Origin: Bacteroidaceae bacterium
Lineage (GTDB): Bacteria > Bacteroidota > Bacteroidia > Bacteroidales > Barnesiellaceae_A
Assembly (NCBI GenBank): GCA_017481745.1
Contig: JAFUOV010000009.1
Coordinates: 130,823 to 194,822, forward strand
Length of the DNA: 64,000 bases
Reading direction: 5' to 3'
In this document: piece after piece, positions 38,639 to 48,155 of the stretch
How positions within the stretch are numbered: the stretch's first letter is position 1
How the letters are laid out: the number at the start of each line of letters is the position of its first letter
Notes under the pieces: model-generated
Database searches by the model: none
Told to the model about the DNA's origin: nothing
Seen by the model: only the letters and a program-made list of their open reading frames with translations
Translations under genes and position numbers: made by a program

Positions 38639-39916
38639 TTATTTGCCCGAGTAGCAAATTGTTGTGCCGATGAGGCGGTCGTATCGTGCGCCGGGCGGTC
38701 GGTGATATACCTTGACGATGTATTGGTTTACTGTTTCGTAGTGGTTGCCTTCGGTGGGGGCAAGTGTGGCTTGACGGCTGCCGTCGGGTACGAAAGCATA
38801 CATATAGTTGTATGAGCCTTGCTTGAGTAGCAGCACACGCTCGTATTGTTGCATCTCTTCGTTATACTGCATGATAGAGTTTTCGTCGTAGATGTGGTTG
38901 GTCAACTCGCCGTCGATGTAAACGTTGCCCCCCATTATCTTGTCGGTGGCGAGGGTAAAGTGTACGGCGATATAGTCTGCCTCTAACGAGCTATCCTCGG
39001 CATTGCTCTCGCGGATGACATAACGTCCGTGCTGTGTCTGGTCGAAGAGATAGTTTTTGTTGTCGCGCGGATAGTCGATGTTGAGCGATGCGTGGTAGTA
39101 TGGCTCGTAGTATTCCAACCCTGCAATATTCATGCCCGGATAGCTTACTGAAACCATTTCAAAACGGCGATATTCGTTTCCGGCGGGGAAGATGAGGTCG
39201 CGGTTGTGCTCGTATATAATCTCGCTGTTCATGATGCGCATGGGGCGTGTAACGGTAACCGCATTGTCGTGTCTGCCGTTTTGCGTAACAACAACCTTGA
39301 GGTCGTTGAAGGGGCTTTGTATGTTGTAGTATGGGTGCGCCACAGCGATATCGACTTGCTGATATTGGTCGTTGTAGCCCATGTCGGTGCGCGATGTGGC
39401 ATGTGCAGCAACGTTCACTTTACGCTCGGTTACGCTGAAGCAGGCTTGCGCAACAATGTCGTTGGTGTTCTCGGGATAGAACTGCACAACGTAGTTGCCC
39501 GACTTGGTAAATTGTACTTGGTCGTTGGGCAGAGCAACGCGATAGTTGACGTAGTGTGCAAACGTGTTGTACGAGTAGGCATAGTCGGTAACATCGTTAT
39601 AGTTGGAGCTGTCGAGAAACTCGAGCTCCGAGAGTTGCGATGGTGTCCAGTCGGCATCGCAATGCAGTATGCGGTATCGCAAGTAAGTAACATCTTCGGT
39701 CAATTGGTCGAACGATATGACGATGCGGTTTGCCTCGCCCAGCGTGATGATGGGTGGTGCCAACGGATTGTCCTCGACATACACTTGTGGCGTGCGCCAT
39801 TGGAAGTCGAAGGTGCGGGTGTAGTAGGGCTCTTGTGCCATTGAAGTGGCGACCGTAACTACCGATATAATGAGTGCGCACAGCGTGCGATAGATAGACT
39901 TTTTCATAACCTGCAT
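38639..39916 (-). CDS. DUF5103-type protein, probable T9SS plug protein family
   Basis: 425 aa with a signal peptide. FDQLTEDVTYLRYRILHCDADWTPSQL and the C-terminal RPPGARYDRLIG match my recollection of the DUF5103/T9SS_plug family. Not verified by search. Confidence 0.55.
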   Translation of the reverse strand: MQVMKKSIYRTLCALIISVVTVATSMAQEPYYTRTFDFQWRTPQVYVEDNPLAPPIITLGEANRIVISFDQLTEDVTYLRYRILHCDADWTPSQLSELEFLDSSNYNDVTDYAYSYNTFAHYVNYRVALPNDQVQFTKSGNYVVQFYPENTNDIVAQACFSVTERKVNVAAHATSRTDMGYNDQYQQVDIAVAHPYYNIQSPFNDLKVVVTQNGRHDNAVTVTRPMRIMNSEIIYEHNRDLIFPAGNEYRRFEMVSVSYPGMNIAGLEYYEPYYHASLNIDYPRDNKNYLFDQTQHGRYVIRESNAEDSSLEADYIAVHFTLATDKIMGGNVYIDGELTNHIYDENSIMQYNEEMQQYERVLLLKQGSYNYMYAFVPDGSRQATLAPTEGNHYETVNQYIVKVYHRPPGARYDRLIGTTICYSGK

Positions 39917-40029
39917 TTGTTTTTAGCAAAGATAGTGATTTTATTTTCAATAAATATCTTAACTTTGCACAATATTAGACCGTAGGTCTATAGTAAAGTT
40001 TAACCCCAAAACCTAAATAACTAATTATT

Positions 40030-41238
40030 ATGAAAAATTTCGCTTGGGCGCTTGCCCTCTCTTTGTCGCTGCCCATGTTTAGTGCTGCTGCACAAACTGC
40101 CGACACCACAAAGGTAGCCGAACCCGAAGGTTATGTGTTTACCGATACCAAATTTTTGCCCACAACACCTATCAAAAACCAAGCACAATCGGGTACATGC
40201 TGGAGTTTTGCCGGTATTGCATTGCTCGAAAATGAGTTGTTGCGTATGGGAAAACCCGAGGTCGACTTGTCGGAAATGTGGATTGTTCGCCATTGCTATC
40301 TTGACAAGGTAGAGCGTTTTGTGCGCTACCATGCTACATGCGAGCTTGCCGGTGGTGGCGGTGTTGTAGATGTGCCCTATGTGGCAAGCAACTATGGTCT
40401 TGTACCCGAGGAGGCTTACAAAGGGTTGAACTATGGTTATGACAAGCACAACCACAATGAGCTCGACCGCGTGATGCGCAGCTTTGGTGAGTCTATTGCC
40501 GCCGGTAAGAAACCCACTACTGCATGGAGCAAAGCAGCCGCCGGTATCATTGATGCATATCTTGGTGAAGTGCCCGCAACATTTACATACGAAGGTAAGG
40601 AGTATACCCCCGAGAGCTATGCAGCATCGCTTGGCTTGAATATGGACGATTATGTATGTGTATCGTCTTTTACTCATCATCCTTTCTACACCCAATTTGC
40701 TGTTGAGGTGCCAGACAACTGGTTGCATGGTATGTCGTATAACGTGCCCCTCGATGAGTTGCAAAAGATTGTAGACGAAGCTATCGAAGGTGGTTACAGC
40801 GTATTGTGGGCTGCCGACGTGAGTGAGAAAGGCTTCAACCGCAAGAAAGGTTTTATGGTATGTCCCGCCGAGAAGAAGAGCGACGACATGAGCGAAGGCG
40901 AGTGGCTCAACTGGTCGAAGATGACCGATAAAGAGCGTGAGGATGCCCTCTATAAACTTGAGAAACCGGGCAAAGAACTTGATGTAACACAAGAGTTGCG
41001 CCAAGAGGGTTATGACAACTACGAAACTACCGACGACCATGGTATGTTGCTCGTAGGTAAGGCTGTAGACCAAATAGGCAATGAGTACTACAAGGTGAAA
41101 AACTCATGGAGCACAGCCAACGGTTACGACGGTTACTACTATGCATCGGTACCTTACTTCCGTTACAAAACAATAAGCATCGTTGTAAACAAAAACGCCA
41201 TCTCTAAAGACCTCCGCAAGAAGATGGGTATAAAGTAA
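40030..41238 (+). CDS. pepC: Aminopeptidase C / bleomycin-hydrolase-type C1B cysteine peptidase
   Basis: 402 aa with catalytic QAQSGTCWSF, a downstream DDHGMLLVG and N...W. A signal peptide is present. Confidence 0.88.
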   Translation: MKNFAWALALSLSLPMFSAAAQTADTTKVAEPEGYVFTDTKFLPTTPIKNQAQSGTCWSFAGIALLENELLRMGKPEVDLSEMWIVRHCYLDKVERFVRYHATCELAGGGGVVDVPYVASNYGLVPEEAYKGLNYGYDKHNHNELDRVMRSFGESIAAGKKPTTAWSKAAAGIIDAYLGEVPATFTYEGKEYTPESYAASLGLNMDDYVCVSSFTHHPFYTQFAVEVPDNWLHGMSYNVPLDELQKIVDEAIEGGYSVLWAADVSEKGFNRKKGFMVCPAEKKSDDMSEGEWLNWSKMTDKEREDALYKLEKPGKELDVTQELRQEGYDNYETTDDHGMLLVGKAVDQIGNEYYKVKNSWSTANGYDGYYYASVPYFRYKTISIVVNKNAISKDLRKKMGIK

Positions 41239-41254
41239 GATAGTAGATATGGTA

Positions 41255-41300
41255 ATAAAATAAACGCTAAGTATTAATTTACTTAGCGTTTATTTTATTC
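41255..41300. terminator. Perfect 20-bp inverted repeat, bidirectional terminator
   Basis: aataaaataaacgctaagta-ttaatt-tacttagcgtttattttatt lies between convergent pepC (+) and the SGNH-like gene (-). Confidence 0.75.
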
Positions 41301-41322
41301 ATGGACGTAGTTTTTACTAACC

Positions 41323-42264
41323 TTAATTGTTATAAATATATGGTTTTAATTGTTCAATAACTATTTCAGTGTATCTTTCTGCACCAATATTATTTAAATG
41401 TGTTGCATCTTTATAATACTCGGGATGTTCATAAAATTCAGTTAATTGACGGTTGTCAAAGATTGGTACATTGTATTCATTACAAACTTTTCGCATCATT
41501 TCTAAAGAAGTATTAGTTTTACTTTCGTCTAACAGCTTATATTTTGGAGAAATGAAAATAAATAACTTTGTTCCATTTGATGTAATCTGCTCTAAAGTAG
41601 TTCGTAATTGATTTACTTTTGTTTGGTCTATTTCTTCATTAGGAATTGAATCAATATTAAGTGTTAGGTCGGTTTTTAACCTGCTTGGTGCAAGAGGTTG
41701 ATACCCCATACGTTTGTCTTCATTTTTGCTGCGTATTAAACTACGAGTTAAGATTTTAAGAGCAATAGAATTGTATTTATATAATTTTGATTGTAATTGC
41801 ACTTTTCTTTTCTCTGTTTCTGACTCATTAATAATTTTTGTTACAATATCATTTCGGTTATAGAATGGGTATAATGATTGTAATCTATTGTCGTTTGAAT
41901 AAAATAAATCTGTTTCACTACATTCCCATATTATTATTTCGGGAGTGTACCTTTTAGTAATAAATTGATTTATGCAACAATTATACCTAAAGAAACAGCC
42001 ATCTCGACCAATGTTGTAAGTCTCTTTTTGTAATGAGTCTTTTATCATAGAAGGAATGTAGTGATGTGATGCTCTTGATGATCCTACAATGATAATAGGG
42101 GTATCAACTTCATATAGAGAAAAGTATGTTCTACTGGTTTCTGTTCCGTCATTAGGTAGATTTGACATTAGTTTAAAAAGAACTTTGTCAATACATATAT
42201 CCATGACCCAAACGCTCAATATTACAATGGAGCATGATATGAGAAATTTATAAATATCTTTCAT
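41323..42264 (-). CDS. SGNH/DltD-like partner of MBOAT acyltransferase
   Basis: 313 aa with an N-terminal TM. Block-I-like VGSSRASH and block-V-like DATHLN are present. Very low G+C. Confidence 0.6.
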   Translation of the reverse strand: MKDIYKFLISCSIVILSVWVMDICIDKVLFKLMSNLPNDGTETSRTYFSLYEVDTPIIIVGSSRASHHYIPSMIKDSLQKETYNIGRDGCFFRYNCCINQFITKRYTPEIIIWECSETDLFYSNDNRLQSLYPFYNRNDIVTKIINESETEKRKVQLQSKLYKYNSIALKILTRSLIRSKNEDKRMGYQPLAPSRLKTDLTLNIDSIPNEEIDQTKVNQLRTTLEQITSNGTKLFIFISPKYKLLDESKTNTSLEMMRKVCNEYNVPIFDNRQLTEFYEHPEYYKDATHLNNIGAERYTEIVIEQLKPYIYNN

Positions 42265-42269
42265 AGTAA

Positions 42270-43697
42270 TTAAAATTGAAAATAAATAAAAGAACCTCCA
42301 CTAAGGGCTCCAAATAATAGGATATAACATATAAGTAAAATACAAGTGGTATATCTAATGATTGTATTTTTATTATGCAATAAATGTATTGGGATGTTCC
42401 ATTCATGCACAGCATCTCTCATAGTCATAATAATAATACCCATAAATGATACAAGTAATGTTGAAATGTCTATGAAAGGGGTACCAATATTAGAAAATAT
42501 TTCTTTGATAATATAAAGAGCATCTGATAAAGAATTAATGCGGAAGAATATCCATGCAAAAGTAACTATGTTAAAAGTTGTAATTATTCTTATTACGTTT
42601 GTGAATGTGAGTTTGTCGCTAATATTTTTTAATTTATTGCCATATATTAATCGTTCAATAACCATCATTAGACCATGTAATGTACCCCATATTATAAATG
42701 TCCATGCTGCACCGTGCCATAAACCACTTAAAATAAATACGACCATAGTATTGAGTATCCATCGGAGCTTGGAAACCCTATTTCCACCGAGAGGGAAGTA
42801 TATGTAATCCCTAAACCAAGTTGTTAAAGAAATATGCCATTTTCTCCAAAATTCAGTAACACTTTTTGAAAAATATGGACGAATGAAGTTTGTTTGTAGA
42901 TTTATACCCAATAATTTCCCTGAACCTATTGCTATGAGCGAGTATCCAGCAAAGTCGGCATATATTTGTATAGAATATAGTATTGCTGCAATGTAGAGAG
43001 TTGTTCCATTATGTTGTTCTAAATTATTATATACAGAATCAACATAAATACTAACATTGTCAGCGATACAAGTTTTCATAAATACACCCCATAAAATCAA
43101 TTTTATCGCTGTTATAGCATAATTATAGTCAAAAGTTCTTTTCTCAAAATATTGAGGTAATTGTTGTGTGGCACGACTTATAGGACCGCTTAATATAGAA
43201 GGGAAAAATGTTACATATGCGAGATATGCAAGAAGGTCAGATGTAGCTCTAACTTTCTTCATATATACATCTATGGTGTAACTTAATGCAGAAAATGTAT
43301 AAAAACTAATTCCCACAGGAAGTAGTATGTTTAAAGTGCTCTTTCCTATAAAATTATTATTAAAAATATAGATTGTTGAATAAACTGTATCAATAAAGAA
43401 ATTGAAATATTTGTAATAGAAAAGAATACCTATGTTTAGTATTATTGCGCCTATTAATAATGATTTGCGATTTCTTGAACTCAAGTTTTCCTTGTCTATT
43501 AACTTACCTATATAGAATGTTGAAAATGCTGTAATAAGTAATAAAACCAAAAAGCGGACATCCCATAATCCGTAAAAAACGAGGCTCGAAATAATTAATA
43601 GTAAATTCTGCAACTTGGCAGTTTTATTGAATAAAAACCAATACAATAAAAATACTATAGGGAAAAACAACAGGTATTCGAAAGATGATAAAATCAT
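42270..43697 (-). CDS. MBOAT-family membrane O-acyltransferase (AlgI/DltB/PatA-like)
   Basis: 475 aa polytopic protein with FWRKWHISLTTWFRDYIYFPLGG, the MBOAT catalytic-His region. Very low G+C. Confidence 0.88.
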   Translation of the reverse strand: MILSSFEYLLFFPIVFLLYWFLFNKTAKLQNLLLIISSLVFYGLWDVRFLVLLLITAFSTFYIGKLIDKENLSSRNRKSLLIGAIILNIGILFYYKYFNFFIDTVYSTIYIFNNNFIGKSTLNILLPVGISFYTFSALSYTIDVYMKKVRATSDLLAYLAYVTFFPSILSGPISRATQQLPQYFEKRTFDYNYAITAIKLILWGVFMKTCIADNVSIYVDSVYNNLEQHNGTTLYIAAILYSIQIYADFAGYSLIAIGSGKLLGINLQTNFIRPYFSKSVTEFWRKWHISLTTWFRDYIYFPLGGNRVSKLRWILNTMVVFILSGLWHGAAWTFIIWGTLHGLMMVIERLIYGNKLKNISDKLTFTNVIRIITTFNIVTFAWIFFRINSLSDALYIIKEIFSNIGTPFIDISTLLVSFMGIIIMTMRDAVHEWNIPIHLLHNKNTIIRYTTCILLICYILLFGALSGGSFIYFQF

Positions 43698-43830
43698 AAG
43701 AATATTTATTAAGTATAGAATTAGTAGTTATTATAATATGATGTTTGACATGTTTAATTATTGAAATAAATTATATAGCTTGAAAATTTAATTTTGACAA
43801 TTTCCTTGAAAATAAAAACTTTGTTGAAGA

Positions 43831-45114
43831 TTACTCCTCTTTGTTGTCGTAGCGGTTGCCCCAGAAGTGGCGCATTGTGTCGAGTAGGCGTTGCTCGGTG
43901 GGTGATTGTTGCGGGTGCCAGAATTGCTTGCCTTGTGCTTCGTCGGGTAGGTATTGCTGGTTGACGAAGTGTCCGGGGTAGTCGTGTGCGTATTTGTATT
44001 CTTTGCCGTAGTTGAGTTGCTTCATGAGCTTGGTGGGTGCATTGCGCAGGTGTAACGGAACGGGTAGGTTGCCGGTTTGCTTGACGTATGCAAGTGCCTC
44101 GTCGATGGCGAGGTAGGTAGAGTTGCTCTTGAGGCTTGTGGCAAGGTATACGGTTGTCTCGGCAAGGATGATGCGTCCCTCGGGCCAGCCTACCTTTTGC
44201 AGGGTGTCGAAGCAGGCATTGGCGAGTAGCAGTGCGTTGGGGTTTGCCAGTCCGACGTCTTCGGCAGCCGATATGACCAATCGACGTGCAATGAATGCGG
44301 GGTCTTCGCCGCCTTCGATCATGCGTGCCAACCAATATATGGCTGCATCGGGGTCGCTGCCGCGTATGCTCTTGATGAATGCCGAGATGATGTCGTAGTG
44401 CATCTCTCCGTTTTTGTCGTATGCGGCGGGGTTTTGTTGCAGCCTCTCGGTTACTATCTCGTCGTTGAATATGATGGGCTCGCCCTCGGGTGTGGCTTGT
44501 GCAATGAGGTCGATGATGTTGAGCAACTTGCGTGCATCGCCGCCCGAGTATCGGAACAGTGCATCGGTCTGCTCAATGTTGATTGTGCGCTCTTTCAACT
44601 CGCTATCGGTGGTGATGGCGCGTTGCAGCAGTGTCTCTAAATGGTGCTTTTCGAGCGATTGCAGTACGTAAACCTGACAGCGCGAGAGTAGGGGGCGTAT
44701 GACCTCGAATGATGGGTTCTCGGTTGTTGCGCCTATGAGTGTAACTGTGCCTTGCTCGACGGCTGCAAGCAACGAGTCTTGTTGCGACTTGTTGAAGCGG
44801 TGTATCTCGTCGATGAAGAGTATGGGTCGCGCCTTGGTGAAAAGGTTGTTCTTGCAGCGTTCCAATACTTCGCGCACCTCTTTTACGCCTGCCGAAACGG
44901 CGCTGAGGGTGTAGAATGGCGCTTTGAGTTGCACCGAAATGATGTGTGCAAGTGTTGTCTTGCCTACGCCGGGAGGTCCCCATAGGATGAATGATGCAAT
45001 GTTGCCGCTCTCTATCATGCGACGTAGTACTGCACCTTGCCCTACAAGGTGTTCTTGCCCGATGTATTCGTCGAGGTTCTTGGGACGAAGCCTTTCTGCC
45101 AATGGTTGAAACAT
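43831..45114 (-). CDS. rarA: Replication-associated recombination protein A (AAA+ ATPase)
   Basis: 427 aa from ATG 45114 with LAERLRPKNLDEYIGQEHL, GPPGVGKTT and [11 protein letters not shown]. Confidence 0.93.
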   Translation of the reverse strand: MFQPLAERLRPKNLDEYIGQEHLVGQGAVLRRMIESGNIASFILWGPPGVGKTTLAHIISVQLKAPFYTLSAVSAGVKEVREVLERCKNNLFTKARPILFIDEIHRFNKSQQDSLLAAVEQGTVTLIGATTENPSFEVIRPLLSRCQVYVLQSLEKHHLETLLQRAITTDSELKERTINIEQTDALFRYSGGDARKLLNIIDLIAQATPEGEPIIFNDEIVTERLQQNPAAYDKNGEMHYDIISAFIKSIRGSDPDAAIYWLARMIEGGEDPAFIARRLVISAAEDVGLANPNALLLANACFDTLQKVGWPEGRIILAETTVYLATSLKSNSTYLAIDEALAYVKQTGNLPVPLHLRNAPTKLMKQLNYGKEYKYAHDYPGHFVNQQYLPDEAQGKQFWHPQQSPTEQRLLDTMRHFWGNRYDNKEE

Positions 45115-45243
45115 AATGACAAAGGTAACGAAAAGTCGTTGTGAAAACAAATTATTGTTGTCGAATATTTATACTGGCTTTGTTGTTGGTATTGTGGTGG
45201 GGATTTATTAATTTTGACAATCAAAAAATAATAGTTACGTCAT

Positions 45244-46038
45244 ATGTTATACGCATTTATACTTACACTGTTTGCCGGTCTTGCTACGGGTATAGGCAGT
45301 ATTATAGCTTTTTTTGCACACCGCACGTCGCGCGGATTTTTCTCATTTACACTTGGATTGTCGGCAGGTGTGATGCTTTATGTGTCGTTTGTCGAGTTGT
45401 TTGACCAGTCGCGCAGCCTCTTTGGTAGCACGCTTGGCGGGCGCGAGGGTGAGGTGTGTGCTGCACTCTTTTTCTTTGTGGGTATGGGTATTATAGGCTT
45501 GATAGATAAGCTTGTGCCTTCGTTTGAGAACCCGCACGAGATGCGCCGAGTGGAGAATATGAATGTTCCTGTGCCGGGTAGTGAGTCGCGGTTGCACCAT
45601 ATGGGCATCCTCACTGCTCTGGCTATTGCCATACACAACTTTCCGGAGGGTATTGCCACGTTTATGGCTGCCGAGAGTAATTCTTCGATAGGTATTGCTA
45701 TCGCTGTGGCTATCGCGCTGCACAATATACCTGAGGGTGTTGCTGTGTCGATACCTATATACTATGCTACTGGTAGCAAGAAGAAGGCTTTTGTCTATTC
45801 GCTGTTGTCGGGCTTGTCGGAGCCGTTGGGTGCACTGCTGGCGTTCTTGGTGTTGATGCCGTTTATGAACGATGTGGTGTTGGGCGGAGTGTTGGCTGCT
45901 GTGGCGGGTATTATGGTGTATATCTCGATAGATGAGTTGCTGCCTGCGGCTCGAGAGTATGGCAAGCCTCACGTTGCTATATGGGGTATGGTTGTGGGAA
46001 TGATTGTTATGGCGGCAAGCCTCATTGTGCTGGCATGA
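45244..46038 (+). CDS. zupT: ZIP-family zinc transporter ZupT
   Basis: 264 aa with 8 TM and AIALHNIPEG / AIAIHNFPEG motifs. Confidence 0.88.
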   Translation: MLYAFILTLFAGLATGIGSIIAFFAHRTSRGFFSFTLGLSAGVMLYVSFVELFDQSRSLFGSTLGGREGEVCAALFFFVGMGIIGLIDKLVPSFENPHEMRRVENMNVPVPGSESRLHHMGILTALAIAIHNFPEGIATFMAAESNSSIGIAIAVAIALHNIPEGVAVSIPIYYATGSKKKAFVYSLLSGLSEPLGALLAFLVLMPFMNDVVLGGVLAAVAGIMVYISIDELLPAAREYGKPHVAIWGMVVGMIVMAASLIVLA

Positions 46039-46040
46039 TG

Positions 46041-46481
46041 CTATAACTCGTCGTCGTCGATGTCGTCGAAGTCAAACTCGAAGTCGAAGCCATCGCCACC
46101 CATATCCATTTCGGTAAATTCTCGTAGTGCACGACCTTCGCGCTTGGTGGGTCGTCCGAGACCTTTCTGACGGTCGACAAATCCGCTGATGCGTATCATG
46201 TCGAGCAGTTCGTACTGGTCGGGCGGTGTAATGTTCTCTAAGAAGTTGGGCACGAGCTTGGCACCCATTCGATTTTCAGCCACATCGAGTACGCGGAAGG
46301 TGTATGTAACCGGCGGCTTGCGCACGTCGATGATATCGCCGGCTTTGATGGTGCGCGAGGGCTTGACGTTAACGCCTCCGACCGATATGCGACCTTTCTT
46401 GCAGGCTTCGGTGGCAATGGTGCGAGTCTTGAATATGCGCACTGCCCACAGCCACTTGTCTATGCGTACTTCTTTGGGCAT
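46041..46481 (-). CDS. hslR: S4-domain RNA-binding protein, Hsp15/HslR-like
   Basis: 146 aa. RIDKWLWAVRIFKTR matches the Hsp15 signature. A strongly acidic C-terminal tail reads FDFEFDFDDIDDDEL. Confidence 0.75.
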   Translation of the reverse strand: MPKEVRIDKWLWAVRIFKTRTIATEACKKGRISVGGVNVKPSRTIKAGDIIDVRKPPVTYTFRVLDVAENRMGAKLVPNFLENITPPDQYELLDMIRISGFVDRQKGLGRPTKREGRALREFTEMDMGGDGFDFEFDFDDIDDDEL

Positions 46482-46482
46482 G

Positions 46483-47046
46483 TTATTTCTTGTTGTATTG
46501 GTTCATGGTGAGAGCGATACCTGCGAGGCAGAAGCTCTTGATGATATCGCAAGCCACGTCGATGCGGGCGGGAAGTTGCTCGCGTTGTTCGGGCGGGAAT
46601 TGTCCCAACACGTAGTCGACTTGTGCACCGCGAGGGAAGTCGCCACCTACGCCAAATCGCAATCGGGCATAGTTTTCGTTGCCTACTACGCGTGCTACGT
46701 CTTTGAGCCCGTTGTGTCCGGCATCGCTGCCTTTGGGTCGCAAGCGTAGTGTGCCGAAGGGTAGGGCGATGTCGTCGACAATGATGAGCATGTTCTCGAC
46801 GGGAATTTTTTCTTGTTGCAACCAATATCGCACAGCATTGCCGCTGAGGTTCATATATGTCGAGGGCTTGAGCAACACAAGTGTGCGCCCTTTAACCTTT
46901 ACCTCGGCAACCGCGCCGTAACGACGGTCGGTAAAAACAGTATTGGACGCTTTTGCTAAAGCGTCCAATACATTAAATCCTATGTTGTGCCGGGTGTTCT
47001 CGTACTCGTTTCCGATATTACCCAACCCTACTATCAGATATTTCAT
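46483..47046 (-). CDS. pth: Peptidyl-tRNA hydrolase
   Basis: 187 aa with [24 protein letters not shown]. Confidence 0.95.
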   Translation of the reverse strand: MKYLIVGLGNIGNEYENTRHNIGFNVLDALAKASNTVFTDRRYGAVAEVKVKGRTLVLLKPSTYMNLSGNAVRYWLQQEKIPVENMLIIVDDIALPFGTLRLRPKGSDAGHNGLKDVARVVGNENYARLRFGVGGDFPRGAQVDYVLGQFPPEQREQLPARIDVACDIIKSFCLAGIALTMNQYNKK

Positions 47047-47068
47047 TCAGATGTATCTTGTTGTAGGA

Positions 47069-47725
47069 TTATTTCTTGGCAGCTGCAGCAGCGGCGGCAC
47101 CACGAGCAGCACGAGTCAAGTTAACAGCACAAACGACAGCATTCTTGGCATTTGTCAACTCGAGACCTTCGAAGTTGAGCTCGCCCACTTGGAGAGTTTT
47201 GCCCAAACCGAGGTTGTCGATGTTGATAACGAGACGCTCGGGAATGTTGTTGTAGATAGCTTTTACGCGGAGTTTCTTCATAGAGAGTTGCAACTTACCA
47301 CCGGCTTTCACACCCTCGGCATGACCTTCGAGCTTAACAGGTACTTCCATAGAGATGGGTTTGTCTTCGTAAACCTCGAGGAAGTCCATGTGGAGGATAG
47401 TGTCTTTTACGGGGTGGAATTGAATGTCTTTCAACACAGCCTTTACTTTCTTCTCGCCGATAGTGAGGTCGATAACGAAGATTTCGGGAGTGTAAACCAA
47501 CTTGCGAACAGCCTCGGGAGAAACAGCAAAGTCGGTAACGATGATACCGCGACCGTTTTCAATTTCTACCAATTTTTCGCCGTTGGCGAGAGTGCCTTCG
47601 TAGGGGAGGTTAACGATAGCACCACCATTCAATACTGCGGGGATGAAACCCTCTTTGCGCAATTCGCGAGCGGCTTTTTTGCCAAGACCTTCGCGAACTT
47701 TTCCGTCAAGAACAAATGTTTTCAT
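47069..47725 (-). CDS. rplY: 50S ribosomal protein L25 / general stress protein Ctc
   Basis: 218 aa with the Ctc-form two-domain layout and an Ala-rich C-terminal tail. Confidence 0.9.
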   Translation of the reverse strand: MKTFVLDGKVREGLGKKAARELRKEGFIPAVLNGGAIVNLPYEGTLANGEKLVEIENGRGIIVTDFAVSPEAVRKLVYTPEIFVIDLTIGEKKVKAVLKDIQFHPVKDTILHMDFLEVYEDKPISMEVPVKLEGHAEGVKAGGKLQLSMKKLRVKAIYNNIPERLVINIDNLGLGKTLQVGELNFEGLELTNAKNAVVCAVNLTRAARGAAAAAAAKK

Positions 47726-47807
47726 TGTTTAAATTTTTTGTGTTACTCAAAATTAAGTTTTTATTGCTCCTTAATTTCCCATCACACGGTATTTTCAAAA
47801 AGCGGTG

Positions 47808-47815
47808 CAAAGTTA
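47808..47815 (-). promoter_or_regulatory. -7 promoter box (TAACTTTG) for rplY-pth-hslR
   Basis: The reverse complement of caaagtta lies about 83 nt upstream of the rplY ATG. Confidence 0.4.
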
Positions 47816-47871
47816 GTAAATGTTGTTGAAATAAAAAAGAAAAGATGTGAGAAAGTTGAGGGGAGAGAATG

Positions 47872-47913
47872 TTTAAAGTTTAGTGTTTAGAGTTTAGGGT
47901 TTAGGGTTTAGGG
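47872..47913 (+). repeat. Heptamer array TTTAAAG TTTAGTG TTTAGAG (TTTAGGG)x3
   Basis: Six contiguous 7-nt units read directly from the sequence. Confidence 0.9.
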
Positions 47914-48045
47914 TCTGTTGCTATTATCTCTAACCTTTTACAACGTGGCAGTGGTGTGTCCTACCTCTCTCAACTCTCACAAAACCCCTTCCCACTTCGT
48001 GGACTTCTCCTATCTCGCTCGGCTCGCAGGGGCAGAAAAGATTAC

Positions 48046-48094
48046 CACTCTAAACTCTGGTATCTCAACTCTCAACTTTTACACTTAACACTTA
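48046..48094 (-). repeat. Heptamer-periodic array, inverted relative to 47872-47913
   Basis: The minus-sense reading contains ...TTGAGAG TTGAGAT ACCAGAG TTTAGAG. It is 7-nt periodic over 49 nt. Confidence 0.8.
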
Positions 48095-48126
48095 TCATGT
48101 GCCGGTGTTGCTGTATTATATAGCGA

Positions 48127-48155
48127 AAGGCTGCATCTTGTGTGGATGCAGCCTT
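48127..48155 (-). terminator. Hairpin terminator downstream of the first T9SS cargo gene
   Basis: 11-bp stem aaggctgcatc/gatgcagcctt lies 22 nt after the stop at 48177. The U tract is actually better in plus sense (ttttgtgttg), so it may act in both directions. Confidence 0.6.

Noticed and set aside
40021-41073. 350-aa ORF on the minus strand
   Set aside because: It is fully antisense to pepC, which has clear C1B peptidase motifs. Its translation is Cys/His/Leu-rich with no family resemblance. This is a typical shadow ORF.
47893-47913. (TTTAGGG)x3 as a plant-type telomere repeat or eukaryotic contamination
   Set aside because: There are only three perfect units. They are embedded in a degenerate heptamer array and flanked on both sides by contiguous bacterial genes. 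A related array lies at 54776-54810. It is a bacterial repeat family.
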